A stretch of 63,175 nucleotides of DNA, filler included, from Sphacelaria rigidula (GCA_964200075.2; 11 parts of 11 records of this genome joined end to end with filler, not necessarily neighbours in it), one strand, 5' to 3'. Shown: positions 13,676 to 24,881, counted from the first letter of the whole stretch. Translations and numbers: made by a program. Notes: generated by a model from the letters alone, not told the origin.

Positions 13676-14271
13676 GGCATTGACAGGTGCTCCACCTGCA
13701 ATACCCACATCTCTGTCTCGCAGGATACAAAACCAGTCCCGAAGGGCTCCAGAAAACAGCTGCCCTTCCTCTGCTTAGCGTGTGACGGCGAGATCGGGGT
13801 CAGCACCCCGTATACCACCGCATGTCCGATCCTACCGGCGGTAAAGACAGGATATACGTCCACGCGGACGGCCGCGCGTGCGTGAAAACCCTCGTGAAAG
13901 CGGCCGAGGAGTGCACTCATCCGTGTTACGAGTGTACAGCAACCCTGTCCCAAAAAACACTCTATGATCTCTTGGCGGGGGATGGCAAACCAGCTTTCAT
14001 AAGGTGCGACCTCTGTTTCTACGACACGCGTGCCACGCTCCTATCTGATTTCCAACGGCACTTGTTGAAGGAGAAAGCGTCATATGCGTCAAGAAACGAC
14101 GATTCGACACCGCGCAAAGCACCGCGGGTCAGTGATAACTCCATGTTCCCTCCCGGAAACCAACCCGTCACGCCACCAACTAATATCTCCCCTCCCCTCA
14201 AAAAGAAGAGTAACAGTACGACCCGACAAGGTAGCCGACCCACGGCCACTAGGAGCGGAGCTGGAAGCTAA
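13676..14271 (+). pseudogene. Frameshifted Cys/His-rich putative Zn-binding ORF of unknown origin
   Basis: One frame gives CSTC...CLAC; ORF 13822-14271 gives YVHADGRAC, CYEC and CDLC. No family recognised. Confidence 0.3.
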
Positions 14272-14802
14272 ACCGCCGCTGACGGTAAGTACCACAAGTG
14301 GTAATTCCTTGTCCCTGTTCAACTCCCTCTCAACTATGTGTACTCTTATTTTCATCCTGCCCTCTCACACCTTCAATGATTGCTCTCGTCGGTTCCAGAC
14401 TTTTCTTTATTTATTTCTTGCAACATGCTTCAGTGCAATCTTCAGCCTGCACGCTTGTTCGCGTCTCTTCGTTCCTTTACCTTCCCCTTGTCTACCTTCT
14501 TGATACCGTGCTGCGTTCCAAAACCAGATGTCTACACTCGTGACGTGACGAACTTCGTCAGATCCGACATCATCCACGTCAGCTTCCGTCAGTCTCTGTG
14601 ACTTTTTAGCGGCGTCGTTTCTCCTCGTTTTGGGCTCCGGTTCTTTCGGCGTTGTGTATTCTTACAGTAACGTCGTCAAACCAACTTATTTTTCCCAGTA
14701 CTTTTCGGGGGTCAGGATTGGGGGGCATTGGGTGTGTCCTCAGTTTTATATTGCCTTCGTTCTAAACCGCTCCCGACACATCACGGAAATATCTGCCTCT
14801 AG

Positions 14803-14878
14803 CGCCCCGGTAGTGTATTGATCCGACTGTTGACATTGGGGCGGAGAGAACGGGGGTTCGATTCCCGATCGGTTGGGT
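14803..14878 (+). other. Degenerate tRNA-like Pol III head (possible SINE remnant)
   Basis: A-box-like GGTAGTGTATTG and B-box GGTTCGATTCCC at tRNA-like spacing; no intact cloverleaf. Confidence 0.35.
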
Positions 14879-16196
14879 TTTTTCTTCGTTATGTACGATT
14901 TCCACCGTGGAAAACGTGAGTACGTGGGTAAATAATATTAGTCGACTGGGTTTGTGTGACGTGGGTTGACGCGGTGCGAAAGTGCTGACCCAATCCGCAA
15001 GAGCGAAACGAAAGGCGCGTACCGGGGGAGAGGTGGGTTGATCCCTCGAGACCACGGACTCATTCCGAGGAGGGGGGGGGGTTGAAAGTGTGAGGGGGAA
15101 AACGAAAGGACAGGTAGACTTGAGGTTCTCGAACTTGGATTTGCTCTGGGTAATTAGACCGAACTAATATTAGGGTGATCAACTCACTTGATATTGATGC
15201 TGAGCCAAGTCAGTTGATGTTTCGTCGATGAAGCCATCACCTAATTTCCTTGAACCTGGAATATTTTTCAATATTATCCATTCTTTTTCGGGGTGGTTCT
15301 CGCTGCCTGCAACATGTCGATTCCTGCGTTTGCTGTTCCTACATGTACATGCAGCAGGGGGTGGTAATTTGGTCGTCTAGATCGCATGCCGGTAATTTGC
15401 TGGCTTGCAGTGTGTTCCTCGTTGCTCGATCGGTTTTGACGGGGTGATTGTTTTCGTGTACAATTTTTTGTGCAAAGACATCCCCTGTCGACTCTTGATT
15501 TTATGGTCATCGGTGGTGAGTTCCTTGCACCCCGTGACCACGGGTCGGAGATAAAAACTCATGAAGTGAAAGAATTGAACTAATGTGACGTGAGCTGTGA
15601 ACATCGATCATGACAGAATCCCGCCGGTGGGAGTTGAGATGAAACGTGCCCGTGCCATGTTTTTTGCGCACGAATTACACCCGTGCCGTGCCTTTCCCGA
15701 CTCCCCGTAAAAAAAAAAGAATCCTCAAAGGACGAGCACGGCGCCTGAACTAGTCGCGGTGCTATCAACAATGACAGGAAAATACGTTCAAGAATAGCAC
15801 GCCAATATCCTTCATTGGCGCTGCATGACAGTACTGAAATATCCGAAGCCACAGAGTGGACGAAATACTGTTGCTGGTATCTATACAGTGGCCGTTGGTA
15901 CACGCCATATTGCTGGAGCCGTCTGTATGGGGGGATGAATCAGAAGTGATGCACGGTATTGCGAAACCCGATGTTCTCTCCGAAGTTATATCTGCAGTAG
16001 GGGGGGTGCTTGTGGTAAATATTCGAGATTGTGTTGTGTTGTGTTGGACGTGATGTTTCGTCCGCTGTTGAGTATGCGTTCACCGCTATCTCGGTTCCGA
16101 CACAGCGGTATGAAGGCGCTGCAGTGCACGTTGTAGTATGCAGGAGAACCTCGAAGAAATTTCATTACGTGGTATTTCGAAAATAATGAGGAGGTT

Positions 16197-16785
16197 GGGC
16201 GGGGGGGGGCGTACTGATTTGTTGAATGCGTTGATCGTTTAACCGTTCACCACGCATCTCTTTCGAGACGTACCAGAGTCTCTCGACCATTAACCTCGCG
16301 TCCCTGCTACGCCGCGACGGAGCACGCCGGGTTTTCGCCGAACCAGACTCGCAATCACCAAGCAGAGAGCGCCATGACGTGTTTGGCGAGTCTCATGAAG
16401 GGTGAGCTGCATCCTGCCAATATTGTTCGGCATGAAGCGTACTAATTATCCTGCACATGGATGACAACAGAAGAGGGTGTAAAGGGGGGTGTACTCATGA
16501 TATTGCATGCCGTAGCCGTAAGACCATTGACCTTGCATGTCCCCAATGCCGGGATGGAGCACGCCGGGTTTTTGCCGGACTAACTCGCAGTCACCAAGCG
16601 CGAAGCATCATGACGTGTTCGGCGCATCGCATGAGGGGTGACCTGCATTCTGCTCAGATTGTTCGGCCCGAAACCCACTAACTATCCTGCATATGGATGA
16701 TAGCCTCGAATGAAGTGCTTCTTTTTCTGGTATCGCCACTTCCAGGGACAGCCACGGGTTACACAGCCTTATGGGCGTCTCACCA
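16197..16785 (-). mobile_element. Cluster of three same-orientation poly(C)-family insertions: LINE-type tail ~16197-16275, partial SINE ~16285-16470, near full-length SINE 16484-16785
   Basis: The first and third begin with a G-tract plus gtact(c/g)a; the two SINE copies are homologous to each other and to 32196-32495. Confidence 0.8.
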
Positions 16786-17003
16786 AATGGAGTGGGGGAG
16801 GCTACAAGTAACACACAAGCATTATTGGGCTAGTCGGAGAAGAACTCCCGAAACGTCGTACTTACATCACCCGCGGTGGTGCTTGGTTGTCCGACTCTCC
16901 CGTGTCCGTTGGGAACGACAATAACGAAGAGACGATGAAAATTACGGTCGTCCTCGTTTGGGATCATCAAGCATGCGCGGCCGCATAGATCCCCCCCCCC
17001 CCC

Positions 17004-17120
17004 TACATCTAATATTAGGAGTAAGAACGGTGCTCCGTCTCGTAAGGGATGCGTGGTCAATGGTCAAACGACTAAGGCAAGCAACAAATGAGTACACCCC
17101 CCCCCCCCCCCCCCCCCCCC
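17004..17120 (+). mobile_element. 5'-truncated LINE 3' end with poly(C), flanked by poly(C) on both sides
   Basis: C13 at 16991-17003, then ...gggatgcgtggtcaatggtcaaacgactaaggcaagcaacaaaTGAgtaca, then C24 at 17097-17120; nearly identical to 52280-52363. Confidence 0.85.
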
Positions 17121-17659
17121 ACCCAACACCCCCCCACCGCCCCCCCCGCACCCCCTCTCNNNNNNNNNNNNNNNNNNNNNNNNNNNNNNNNNNNNNNNNN
17201 NNNTTAATTAATTAANNNNNNNNNNNNNNNNNNNNNNNNNNNNNNNNNNNNNNNNNNNNTCCTTCCAGTAGCACTTGAACGCTGCCCGACCAGCGCCTTT
17301 CTAGACGGAGCACCGCGACCCAGGGAGAGGGGGGGGGGGGGGCAGAGCGGGTGCAAAAGAGGGAATACAGGTTGAACATATTTGAAATGCTCAAGTATGC
17401 TTGCAGGGCTACCAGGCATCAACATCAATGCGGAGTCAAGAGCAGTACTTGTGAACACTTGAAAATGAAACATTTCAACGCACTTCCACGAAAAATTCTG
17501 CCAAAGCTAGTTTGCATAAATATGCACAAGCGCCGCGAGTTGTCTCTCTACCGTATCCTGTTAATAGTCATGTTCAAAGACATGAGACGCTTCAACAAAA
17601 ACACCAGGTACACCACACAGAAAAAAAAAAAACATGCACGAGAAGTCCGTCTTCCTCAC

Positions 17660-17741
17660 CGTCTCTGGAACTGGCGGCGCTCGAAGGGTTCTCCAAGTAC
17701 TTCATCTGCTTCTGCAAGTCGGCCGTCAGCTTTCGACGTTT
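17660..17741 (-). CDS. Sds3/BRMS1-like gene, visible exon 6: KRRKLTADLQKQMKYLENPSSAASSRD
   Basis: Acceptor ttcacag, donor gtgagg; phase-0 start is compatible with the previous exon. Confidence 0.72.
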
Positions 17742-17910
17742 CTGTGAAGCCAAGGAACGGAACAAAACAAAACAAAACAAGACAAAACAAGACAAAAAAT
17801 AAAATAAAATGTCATCACTCGAAAAAGGACGGGAAGCAAGAAAACCCGCGACGCAGAAAACAAACAAGAAACAAGAAACGTTGCATTGATTGAATAAAAT
17901 ATGCTATAGA

Positions 17911-17946
<36 letters not shown>

Positions 17947-18255
17947 TCACCAAGGGAAACCAACCACGGGATCTGTCCATTCCTAATCTGGCCCTCGGGC
18001 TTGCTTTCGAATGGCGGTGTTTGTTTTTGTTGGCGGAATCCGCTGTTGCTGTTGCTGATGCTGTTGTCACGCTATGCACCACCGAGTCCCCCACCTTTCG
18101 ACCGTTGCACAACTCTTTTTCCATTCCATTGACACTTTCATTTTTAGATTTGGAACGAGGGCACCGGCACCGCCTGCCCCCGCCCCCTCCCACCCAGATA
18201 TGAGAAAAATTCATCGTCACTATTGCGTGTTTCGTACAACAGTAGACAACGTCAC

Positions 18256-18330
18256 CTGTTCCATCGCCTCTTCGTGGGCTTTCTCCGCCTCCTTGATTGC
18301 CTCATCCATCAGCATATTCGCCATGTCGCG
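18256..18330 (-). CDS. Sds3/BRMS1-like gene, visible exon 5: RDMANMLMDEAIKEAEKAHEEAMEQ
   Basis: Acceptor tttcag, donor gtgacg; 75 nt, phase 0-0; coiled-coil composition. Confidence 0.75.
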
Positions 18331-18852
18331 CTGAAACACCAAACACAACACACGGCAAAATACGAGAGAACACACACGTCACCATTCCGAAAGCAACGCA
18401 GAACGTACAAACGACAGGAGGGAAGGGGGCAACGTCAGCATACAACATACTAGTCCTCCATATCCTCGACAGTACACGGCCAATAGTTGCAACAGACAAG
18501 AAATGTACCTCATCAAGTATAGCCCTACTGCAACGACTACAGTTGCAGTAGACTTAAATATATCTAGTACATTGTTGTCTGCAGCAACCTTTCATCGTAC
18601 TTTGTCCAGGGTGTTTGACCCTCATATCGACACGACACCCAGCGGCTATCTGTCGAAACGGCAGCATCCTTACTCCGTGGAGCAATCGCCACACACGCAC
18701 AGTCGTGTGCATAATTCAACCCTCGACCGCGGATTACCTCGTCTTCTCCCGCTACATCTTTAGTATATACTCGAATATTCGCAAAGCAAAACGCCTCAAA
18801 TCCATGGGCAGCCAACGAATGAGTTGGGAGAGATGGGGGGACGCGGGGGGGG

Positions 18853-18997
18853 TGTACTCATGATCATGCATGCCATAGTCATAAGACCATTGACCTCGCA
18901 TCCCTGCAATGCCGGGACGGAGTACGCCGGGTTTTCATTTGTTGCTTGCCTTAGTCGTTCGACCGATGACCACGCATCCCTTTCGAATCGGAGCACC
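18853..18997 (-). mobile_element. Chimeric poly(C)-family retroposon (LINE tail fused to SINE 3' part) with a 20-bp TSD, intronic
   Basis: TSD gagttggg(a/t)gagatgggggg at 18821-18840 and 18998-19017; G8 tail at 18845-18852; junction at 18935-18936. Confidence 0.85.
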
Positions 18998-19401
18998 GAG
19001 TTGGGTGAGATGGGGGGGAAGGTGAACTGAACGACTCCTCGAGATTTCTAGACCTGCCAAGTCTACATGAGGACTACCATCCAGCATCATCAGCCTGGCA
19101 CTGCCCCCACGAGCAGCCGTCACAACAGACTGCACGAGCGCCAGTGCATATACCCTAGGGTGGCGATTCCTTTTCTATTGTGGACAAAAACACAGCCCAA
19201 ATGCACTACAGAGAATAACAACACAAAGTGACCCGTGTGAAAACCCCACCCCGCGCAGCGAGTTCCCGTCAAAAATACGGATTTTGGAGCTATAACTCTT
19301 TAGTGAGCTCAATCTATGAGCTCCTGCGTTTCAACACCAACTGATACCACCAATGAAAGCAGACGCCCCAGAGAATCACAAAAAAATAAAATAAAACTCG
19401 C

Positions 19402-19498
19402 CTTGTGCTGATGACAACGTTCGATATCGCTCACGCGCAGCTCATGTTCCCGCTGCGCCACTGTCAAACTTGCGACCATCCACGGGTGGGTTCCCGCC
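19402..19498 (-). CDS. Sds3/BRMS1-like gene, visible exon 4: (R)AGTHPWMVASLTVAQREHELRVSDIERCHQHK
   Basis: Polypyrimidine tract plus gaacag acceptor; GC donor (AAG/gcgagt); 97 nt, phase 2-0; GTHP motif typical of Sds3-like proteins. Confidence 0.7.
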
Positions 19499-19969
19499 CT
19501 GTTCACAAGCGAATGCGCGCACAGAAAAAAAAAAAGACGCATGATCACCGAGTATTCCATAGTCAACGGTTCAACACAAGTTGTTCTCATAAACATTTTC
19601 AACATCTGTGGTTTCTCCCGCTTTTCCTGCAAGATTGCAGAGGTTGAATTTCCTGGGCAAAAAAGAGACACTGACGAAAGTTTAGATGAAATGGACATGG
19701 GGGGGGCGGTTGGTTAGCAGGAGCGATGGCGAAAATCAAAGATTTATTCAGTCAATGGGCGTGGATCACCACTTTTCCGACTTGTTCGGTCGAGGGAGAA
19801 CGGTGCCCTACCATCATGCACTCTTCTGCTTTGCGTGCCCGCGTGTGTCTATCGTATATGTGATTTTCATGCCACGGTACATGAATGTATACAGTACCCG
19901 CATGCATAGTCACAATTTTACCGTTGAAGCGAATCACCCCCTACATGTACACTGTTTCGCAATATTGCA

Positions 19970-20135
19970 CACCTTGGACAATATATGGTCAATAGATGCA
20001 ATAGACGAGAAACGTACTACATGAAGTATAGGCCTATTGCGCCTATTGTGGGCCGGCAATAGTTGCAATAGGCCTATACTTTATGCAGTACACTTTTCGT
20101 CTATTGCATCTTTTGACCATATATTGTCCAGGGTG
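19970..20135. mobile_element. Hairpin (foldback) MITE with ~70-bp arms; degenerate relative at ~18460-18614
   Basis: caccttggacaatatatggtcaa.agatgcaatagacga...tataggcctattgc is mirrored by gcaataggcctata...tcgtctattgcatct.ttgaccatatattgtccagggtg. Confidence 0.8.
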
Positions 20136-20169
20136 TGCAATGTTGCAACGGCAACAATGATGGCATCCA

Positions 20170-20399
20170 GGGCCGAAGCTCACAAGAGTAGCGGCGCGTG
20201 CACTGCGTCAATGTGACGGCAGATTCTCGCGGGGACACCCCCCACACTGCCTTGAGCAAAACTTTCTCAGCGCTCGAGTCGCCTACCCCACATGACTGCA
20301 GTGAGGCGGTCTAGCCGCGCCTCCGGGTAATCGGGACACGAACCCGCTCGCGGGGTGACTTTTGGCTCAGGTTTCTCCCTTCCTTCAAGGAAAAAAAAA
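20170..20399 (+). mobile_element. tRNA-derived SINE family 2 (~230 bp, poly(A) tail)
   Basis: Homologous to 31198-31432 (-) and 34010-34242 (+); all three share a start and end in ccttccttcaa plus an A-tract. Confidence 0.75.
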
Positions 20400-20623
20400 C
20401 GCAAACAAGGTTACATGTATACTGCTACTGGTCGTAGCTTTCATACACGAAGAACGCATGACGCGTGATATATGCGTGGCAATGATCTTCTTGGATGTAG
20501 TGTTCTCTCTTTACCTACAATGACGACTACCCCCTCCGCCCCCCCCCCCCCCCCCGCCCAAAGCCTCGCTGTTAAGCCTACAACTTGGGGGTACGCGCGG
20601 CAAAATGGTTCAAAATACTTTAC

Positions 20624-20688
20624 CTGATGGTACCCGCCTCGGCGTGGAGGTCTCTGATCCAGCGGCCAGCAGCAGCCTTTCGGATTTC
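20624..20688 (-). CDS. Sds3/BRMS1-like gene, visible exon 3: EIRKAAAGRWIRDLHAEAGTI(R)
   Basis: Acceptor ctgcag, donor gtaaag; 65 nt, phase 0-2. Confidence 0.72.
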
Positions 20689-21276
20689 CTGCAGCGAGGA
20701 ACCACCAGAGAATAAAATAAAGGAACCAAACACGGGACAGAAACGAAACGAAGCGAAGCGAAACGTGTTACATGTATCAAACATATAAACACGGTACTTT
20801 ATTTTTTACTAGCATCCGAGAAGCACCCATGAGCAATAAAAAAAACAGGCACACGCGCATATTGACTATCTACGTGCGATACTGCGCTGAACTGTACCGT
20901 ACCGTAGGCGATATAACGCCCCACAGGCACAACCGTGGCAGCCTACTCATCAATGTGCCGAATCAATTATCCATGTACTGCCGGACCACTTCCGAAGGAC
21001 TTCATGTTGCTCTCACTGCGGTTTTCGGCCATTCGATAAAACGTGTTTACATGGCCGAACAGGGCAGAGGGAGTGAAGGCTGTTACACAAAGTATAATAT
21101 AGTTCAGTATCGTAGATAACAACAACAACCATTTCGTAGGTGTAAACATACATACAACATGATGCAATCATGCCGGACACCAGAGGGTGGCAAACCCCCC
21201 ACCCACCCACCCACCCAGCCAAAAACAAAACCGTTGCGCACCACAAGAACACATGACGCAGACAACAGTAACGCAC

Positions 21277-21561
21277 CTCATTGAGCACGCGCGACACATC
21301 AACCCCGCTCTCATCGCGGCCCTCCCCGATTCCATCTACCTCCGCCAATACCGTCGGATCCTTCAAGCGCGGATCTTCTCGCGGAGTCGGTCGGTATTCG
21401 TCCCCGTAGAGCAGATCAAACTCATCCCACTCCTTCTCCTCTTCAGGTGCCGATTGCTTCGGCCAGGTCAACGAAAACTGGGCGCGGATGTTGCTGCTGT
21501 TGTTGCTGCCTCGGCCACTGTCCGCCCCGCCAAAGTCGCTACCGCCGCCGCCCTTAGCGTT
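21277..21561 (-). CDS. Sds3/BRMS1-like gene, visible exon 2: NAKGGGG...VSRVLNE
   Basis: Lies within ORF 21013-21588; acceptor ggcag, donor gtgcgt; 285 nt, phase 0-0. Confidence 0.72.
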
Positions 21562-22373
21562 CTGCCATGATCGAGCCAGCAAAAACAACGCGCGGGGGAA
21601 TCAATTTAGTATAGTTCAGTGCAGCGCGTGCAGTGCAGTAGTGCAGTACACGGCACAACAGCAAAAATAATACCACAACGTAAGACGAGAGACAGTCAAC
21701 GTGAGGCGAGAAGGAGGGCGGGAGGGAGTAAACGCTGATTCAAATCCGCGACGATAGCAGCATGTCAGACAGGCACCCCACGCACAGGCGGGAGAAAGAG
21801 GTAAATGGATGGGTGAATTAATCCCTCACCTCAAGACCAACCAAGTACGAACTCGTGCTAGGAAGAACGATCAAGGGTATTGTTTCAATTCAAGTATGAC
21901 GAAACTAAACAATCACATGTAAAAAAAAATGGCGATTGATCGTTGTCTCAGGAACGATAGTCCAGCACAAATGCTGGGGGTCTTACGTGTGCATGAGTGC
22001 ATCTACTCGACGAAACCTTTGACTGCCAACTGTCGATAGATTTGTGCCCACGGTGTGCACACGTGCATACTCTAGCAACCCACAACGCACTGTCTTCTTT
22101 TATGGCGTGTGGTCGTCTTGCATATTACGCTGGCGACAAATTTCTCCAGCATTCAAACATCTGTTCCGAAAGAATAACTGGTTTTGCATGTTGTGTTCGG
22201 TCTTCCATATGTCGTCAGGAAATGCTAAGAAGTGTTCCAAAAAACACCCTGAAATTAATTTTGGAGGAAGAATTAGAGCAAGAAGAGTTTCATCATTTTA
22301 AACTTGAGCACTCTTATATTTTATTTCTCATGTGACGGTGGTGAGCACTTGCCGAATCGATATTTTGACATAC

Positions 22374-22700
22374 CTCGTAGCTTCCGTCATCATATTCTTC
22401 GTCTGCAACTAGGTAGTCCTCAAGGTTCTCCATAACTTCGCTTTTGCGATCGCCACCATGATCAGCAGGACCAACCGCCCCATCTCCATCTCCACCTCCA
22501 CCATCCCGATGTCCATCATGTTCGAACGGGGCCACGTCTCTGGTGATGCCTTTCCGGGGTCCGCCTTCCGCAATGACTGCTGGCTTGCGTCGTCGTAGTT
22601 CGTAGTCTACATCCATGGGGTCATCGTTCTTGTGGAGAGATCCGTTGACTTCATCAGAGCCGTTGGTGTCGACAGACTCGGAGACAGATCCGTTGGAAAT
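22374..22700 (-). CDS. Sds3/BRMS1-like gene, visible exon 1 (acidic, low complexity; upstream exons probably missing)
   Basis: Extends ORF 22314-22616; acceptor gacag, donor gtatgt; 327 nt, phase 0-0. Confidence 0.62.
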
Positions 22701-23501
22701 CTGTCACATGGCCGCATTTTAAGGGTCATCATTGTTGTTGGTCTAGTGTTACGTTGATCTAGAGCCCATTTTTGAGAGAGATAGATGAGGAGGTGCGGAT
22801 GTGCTTGTACCTCGATGCCCGGTGGGGGGGGGGGGGGGGGGGGGAGGGCCAGTTTTCATTTGAGACTTCCGACAAAAAAAAAGAAGAGGTGGGAAGGGCG
22901 TCGGGGAGGGANNNNNNNNNNNNNNNNNNNNNNNNNNNNNNNNNNNNNNNNNNNNTTAATTAATTAANNNNNNNNNNNNNNNNNNNNNNNNNNNNNNNNN
23001 NNNNNNNNNNNCGACTACCATCATGGTTACCGGGAAAAACAACGCAAGCGCGCAAAAAAACCCCGGTAACCTGATTGCCTAGCTTACGCAGTGAGTGGCG
23101 TGTTTCACAGCGTCATCGCCAACCGACGGCAACGGGGGGGGGGAGGGGGGGGGCTCAGACATGAAACATACCAGCATCTCCCGAAGACTGGCGACGAAAG
23201 ATCTGTATCATTAGAGGTATAATATCTCAAACTCGAGGGTTCCCGCTACATTTGATAGTAATTCACAGTCAAGTACATACTGGGAACATCGAGGTTGAGA
23301 CACCTCGAATAAAAGGGGCGTTTTTGTTGTTGAGGAAATGTGTGAGGGATCTCCAGCTCGTCCGTTGCTTGCTTCGTCTATTTTTGTATGGGTTTCGAAG
23401 GGGCTACATTTCCGGTTACGATGTTTTCCGTACACGTGCTGCTGTGCTGTACCGTACGATACGTGCTCCTGCTAAGTGTTGTGCACGTACGCGGACACAC
23501 A

Positions 23502-23864
23502 GTGTGTTGTGTTGTGTATGTTGTCGTCCCATCTATTCTGGACGCCGGTGTACACCTTTCGGTAGATGATGTGGGCGCACCAGCTGGGATCACACAGGAG
23601 GATGGTCAGCATAGGAGTTATTTGTTTTTTTGGGGGGGTCAGTACTCCACCTTCCTCCTGCGGTGGTTGCCTTTGTTTTTTTTATCGCGAAAGGGGTCCA
23701 ACAAATCCTTTCCCCCGTCGACCTTTGGGTCGAATTTGTGTACCCACGACATAGTCGCTCTCCACTGTTGCTAGGCATGGTGTGAGAAAAAATCCCAGAT
23801 CGCTCCGAGATTTGAACCCACGATCCAACCGTCAGGAGATTCCGAGGTTACCTACGGAACCACC
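23502..23864 (-). mobile_element. tRNA-derived SINE family 1 with a (CACAA)n tail
   Basis: B box GGTTCAAATCTC; tail ccagaatagatgggacgacaacatacacaacacaacacac; other copies at 25749-26012, 46153-46754, 48781-49142 and 54275-54351. Confidence 0.85.
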
Positions 23865-24579
23865 ACAGTACAGTCACGAGATTGCGGTATCACCTCTGTT
23901 GAAATTGTCAACCTGCGTACATGCTCTGATGTACTGTATGGATGAGATACACCAGTTTCGAGGACATCTGACTTCTCCATCTCCGAAAGAAAGGTGGTCA
24001 TTTTCTGTGGATCGACAGCACTTGCACCTTTGATCATCCTCTTTGCCTTTTGACACATTTAACCCTTTGAGCCCAGTCCAAGTCGAGGGTGCTTTGAGCT
24101 TGGGGAGAAAATCCAGATCTGGACCCTTCGCACAGACAGGCTTTGATTTTGTTTTCCAATCCATTGCATCCATTTTACAAGATTTGAAGGGGGCAATTCT
24201 GTGATACGGCGCACGCTGTGCAAAACCAACGCACACTTCACCTTGAGGACTTCGTTGGACCTTGTTTGCGAGGGGGCTCACGCTTCACCTTTGTTGGGCT
24301 TGTTTGATGTTTGGGTTGGAACCTTGAGGATGTTGTCGCCGGGTTATTAGAGGTATCTCAAACTCGACTCCCGGTATCCTGGTTTGTTATGTTGTATTTT
24401 TTCAAGTGAAAGTGATGCCGATTCATCAGATGATGAGACCGTGTGACTGCCAGGTCAGGTCCTCTCATGAATCGCGATCAATTTCACTTGGAAAAACAGT
24501 ACACAACTCAGAGCCAGCGAATAAACCAGGATATCGGGAACCGACTTCGAGATACCTCTGTTCAGCAGAGGCGACCTGA

Positions 24580-24881
24580 GGATTTGTACGTAAACAATGG
24601 TTGGTACTATGGAGATGCCGCCAACCCTAACGCTAACCCTAACCCTAACCCCGACCAAGGCATGCCGAGAACCCTCGGGCAAGGGTGTGCAGAGTGTTCC
24701 ACAGGCCAAGTGTGCGTTGCCAGAGCTCAAATCGACGCCTTTCAGCCGATTTTGGACCAAAACACGTTCTGGACGAGCTGGGTCCACTGCTCACCTGCCC
24801 CAGACCATGAACTTTCTCAGAACTTTGTTCACTCTGAAATCAAGTAAAATCGAGTACCAACCATTGTTTACGTACAAATCC
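24580..24881. mobile_element. MITE with ~29-bp TIR (GGATTTGTACGTAAACAATGGTTGGTACT) carrying internal telomere-type repeats
   Basis: Perfect inverted termini; flanks TGA and TTA (possible PIF/Harbinger TWA-type TSD with one mismatch); aaccctaacgctaaccctaaccctaaccc at 24623-24652. Confidence 0.8.

Noticed and set aside
24623..24652. True telomere
   Set aside because: Only about five units, and internal to a TIR element
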